Below, one piece after another: positions 62,355 to 64,000 of a DNA stretch of 64,000 nucleotides. The stretch comes from Pelagomonas calceolata (Eukaryota). The notes below the pieces were generated by a model that did not search any database, was not told the DNA's origin, and was given only the letters and a program-made list of their open reading frames with translations. Made by a program: the position numbers and the translations under genes. Position 1 is the stretch's first letter, and each line of letters starts with the position of its first letter. Location: positions 1,736,001 to 1,800,000 of the forward strand of contig CAKKNE010000006.1 in NCBI GenBank assembly GCA_918797485.1, read 5' to 3'.

Positions 62355-63206
62355 CCATTGCTCTCTGATAGTGTACTACCAGTAACTTGAGGTAATTAAT
62401 AGATAGATAAACAAATAACATGCCAGTGAAATTGAAACTTGAAGTAAAGAAGGACCCGGGCACGGGGACCGTGACGCTTCCCCTCTGGGCAACCCCGCGG
62501 CGGCCCCCGATGCGCCCCTGACGCTGCCGCGGTATTTCGGTTCAATACGGCCTTACGTCGCACCCTAAAACTGTATCCTTGCCTCTCCATACATCAGAGA
62601 TATGAGGTCCGGAAATCGGCATAGCTCCCCCACAGCTGGTAGTATTAGTCTTGTTGGAACCGTGACCCTCTGTATGATCGATAGACCGCCTCCTAAAACT
62701 TCTTCTGCCGCAGACCGCGTCTCCAGCGGACCCCATCTTGTTGAGCTTTAGTTGAACTGTATGAAACCGTTGTTGCGGGCTGAAATAGAACATTAGGCAG
62801 AGGAGTGGACACAAGCGAGCCAAAGTAATGCGTTAGCCGTCGAGCGGCACGCGGGTTCGTGTCGTTCCGCCTCGAACTTGAAAACGAACTCAGCCTGAGC
62901 CTGCCAGTAAGGCGCTTGAAGGGACTCGGATTTGCTCGGACAATCGGGAGGTCCGGCCACAGAGTACACGCCTCCTCTTCCTATGCAGCCTTTCGGGTGG
63001 CCTTGGCGCATCAAAACGGAACCCTGGTAATCAAATTTATACCCAACATTATTTTGGCCCTTACTATGTTTTTGGTTGTATCCGCTGATACCTACGGTAC
63101 TTGCTGGTACCGTAGGTACCGCAGTACCAGTATTGCGAGGTATGGAGAGGTATATGTAAGAAAGAATTGCGGCTGTTTTATGCATGCGTTGCGTTCGTAA
63201 TTAGGC

Positions 63207-64000
63207 ATGGATCAGCGATTGAGTGCAATCTCTGACCTGGGAAAGATATGGGTGACCGAGGCACATGTTCTTTCGATGTACTCGATGGTCGAGCATGGCC
63301 CAAAAATTCAGTCCCATGCTACCGGATTAGAGCTAGCAATGCTGTCCGGTACAAATTCTATCCAATTCCAGGATCATATCGGCCTACAGACAGAACTTGC
63401 TGAAGAGACTATCGCGACCGCAGGGATGGAGGCATTAGTCGTGGAAGGATTAGAACACATTAAGATGTTGTACACATTCAGGAGTGTGGGACGCGCAGTG
63501 CCAGTGGTAAATAATTTGAGTATAGAGAATAAGTACAAGTTGGACCTGGAGACGTTTCAAGTGCTGACTCCACAAATCGAGAAGATCAAACGCTTTATGG
63601 AATTTCAGGAGAGATGCATCGCAATGCTTTTGCAAAGCATGCAGGACCTTGCGATCAAACAGGTCCGCGGGAATAATACTGACCGCCACTACAATGCAAT
63701 TACAAAGTTAATGGATCTACTTCAAAAATTAGACAACCTCAAAGACATTAAAGCCTCACTGACAACTGATTTCTCTCGTTACAACCGTGTGTTGCAAGTA
63801 TTGCGAATGGACTTGCCTAATGGAGATAGTCTTGCCCGGGAGAAGCACAAACTGCAACTATTTTTATCTAACTTCAAATATTCAAACTCGCTTATCCTTA
63901 ATAATTTAAGAGACGCCTTGAAGCGAATTCCCAATCATGAACTCGTGCTGATAGATATTCTTCAACAAAATGTCGAGTTTATCGAGAATGGCCGCTATGT
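63207..64000 (+). CDS. CYFIP: CYFIP/Sra1/PIR121 (WAVE regulatory complex subunit), N-terminal part, runs off the window
   Basis: Frame is open to the window end and absent from the ORF track. MLYTFRSVGRAVP, FQVLTPQIEKIKRFMEFQ and LDNLKDIKASLTTDFSRYNR match CYFIP N-terminal motifs. A short upstream exon is possible. Confidence 0.85.
   Translation, partial: MDQRLSAISDLGKIWVTEAHVLSMYSMVEHGPKIQSHATGLELAMLSGTNSIQFQDHIGLQTELAEETIATAGMEALVVEGLEHIKMLYTFRSVGRAVPVVNNLSIENKYKLDLETFQVLTPQIEKIKRFMEFQERCIAMLLQSMQDLAIKQVRGNNTDRHYNAITKLMDLLQKLDNLKDIKASLTTDFSRYNRVLQVLRMDLPNGDSLAREKHKLQLFLSNFKYSNSLILNNLRDALKRIPNHELVLIDILQQNVEFIENGRY

Overview
Eukaryotic nuclear DNA from a photosynthetic, flagellated stramenopile. 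It is most likely a pelagophyte such as Pelagomonas; this is inferred from an FCP/LHC gene, a mastigoneme-type EGF gene and a CTGTGTGG..CCACACAG introner-like element. Intron-containing genes read by eye: TBCD (5' partial), CEP104, a PSTAIRE CDK, tectonic, a Kelch/IPT/filamin outer-arm dynein heavy chain, RPB2, an EGF/mastigoneme-like protein ending in a peptidase-S74 chaperone domain, RPN1, an LHC/FCP, PIP5K, a SUMO-like/RRM/MATH/ankyrin protein, VPS33 and CYFIP (3' partial). A GT60 GlcNAc transferase is intronless. Most of 1-42 kb is a lower-GC, intron- and microexon-rich domain enriched in ciliary genes, while 43-45 kb and 53-60 kb are very GC-rich. Intergenic DNA holds several diverged repeat families. 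Most notable observations: (1) a fixed vocabulary of 6-nt insertions (e.g. ACT->ACTCAGGCT) seen independently in three unrelated repeats; (2) a 1378-bp foldback element with 426-bp TIRs, 28-bp terminal palindromes, a CCAT TSD and an orphan cargo ORF; (3) a Tudor-like insert in RPB2; (4) the mastigoneme-EGF/phage-fibre-S74 fusion; (5) GTAC-rich clusters just upstream of many start codons. All coordinates and exon structures were read by eye and no database searches were run.
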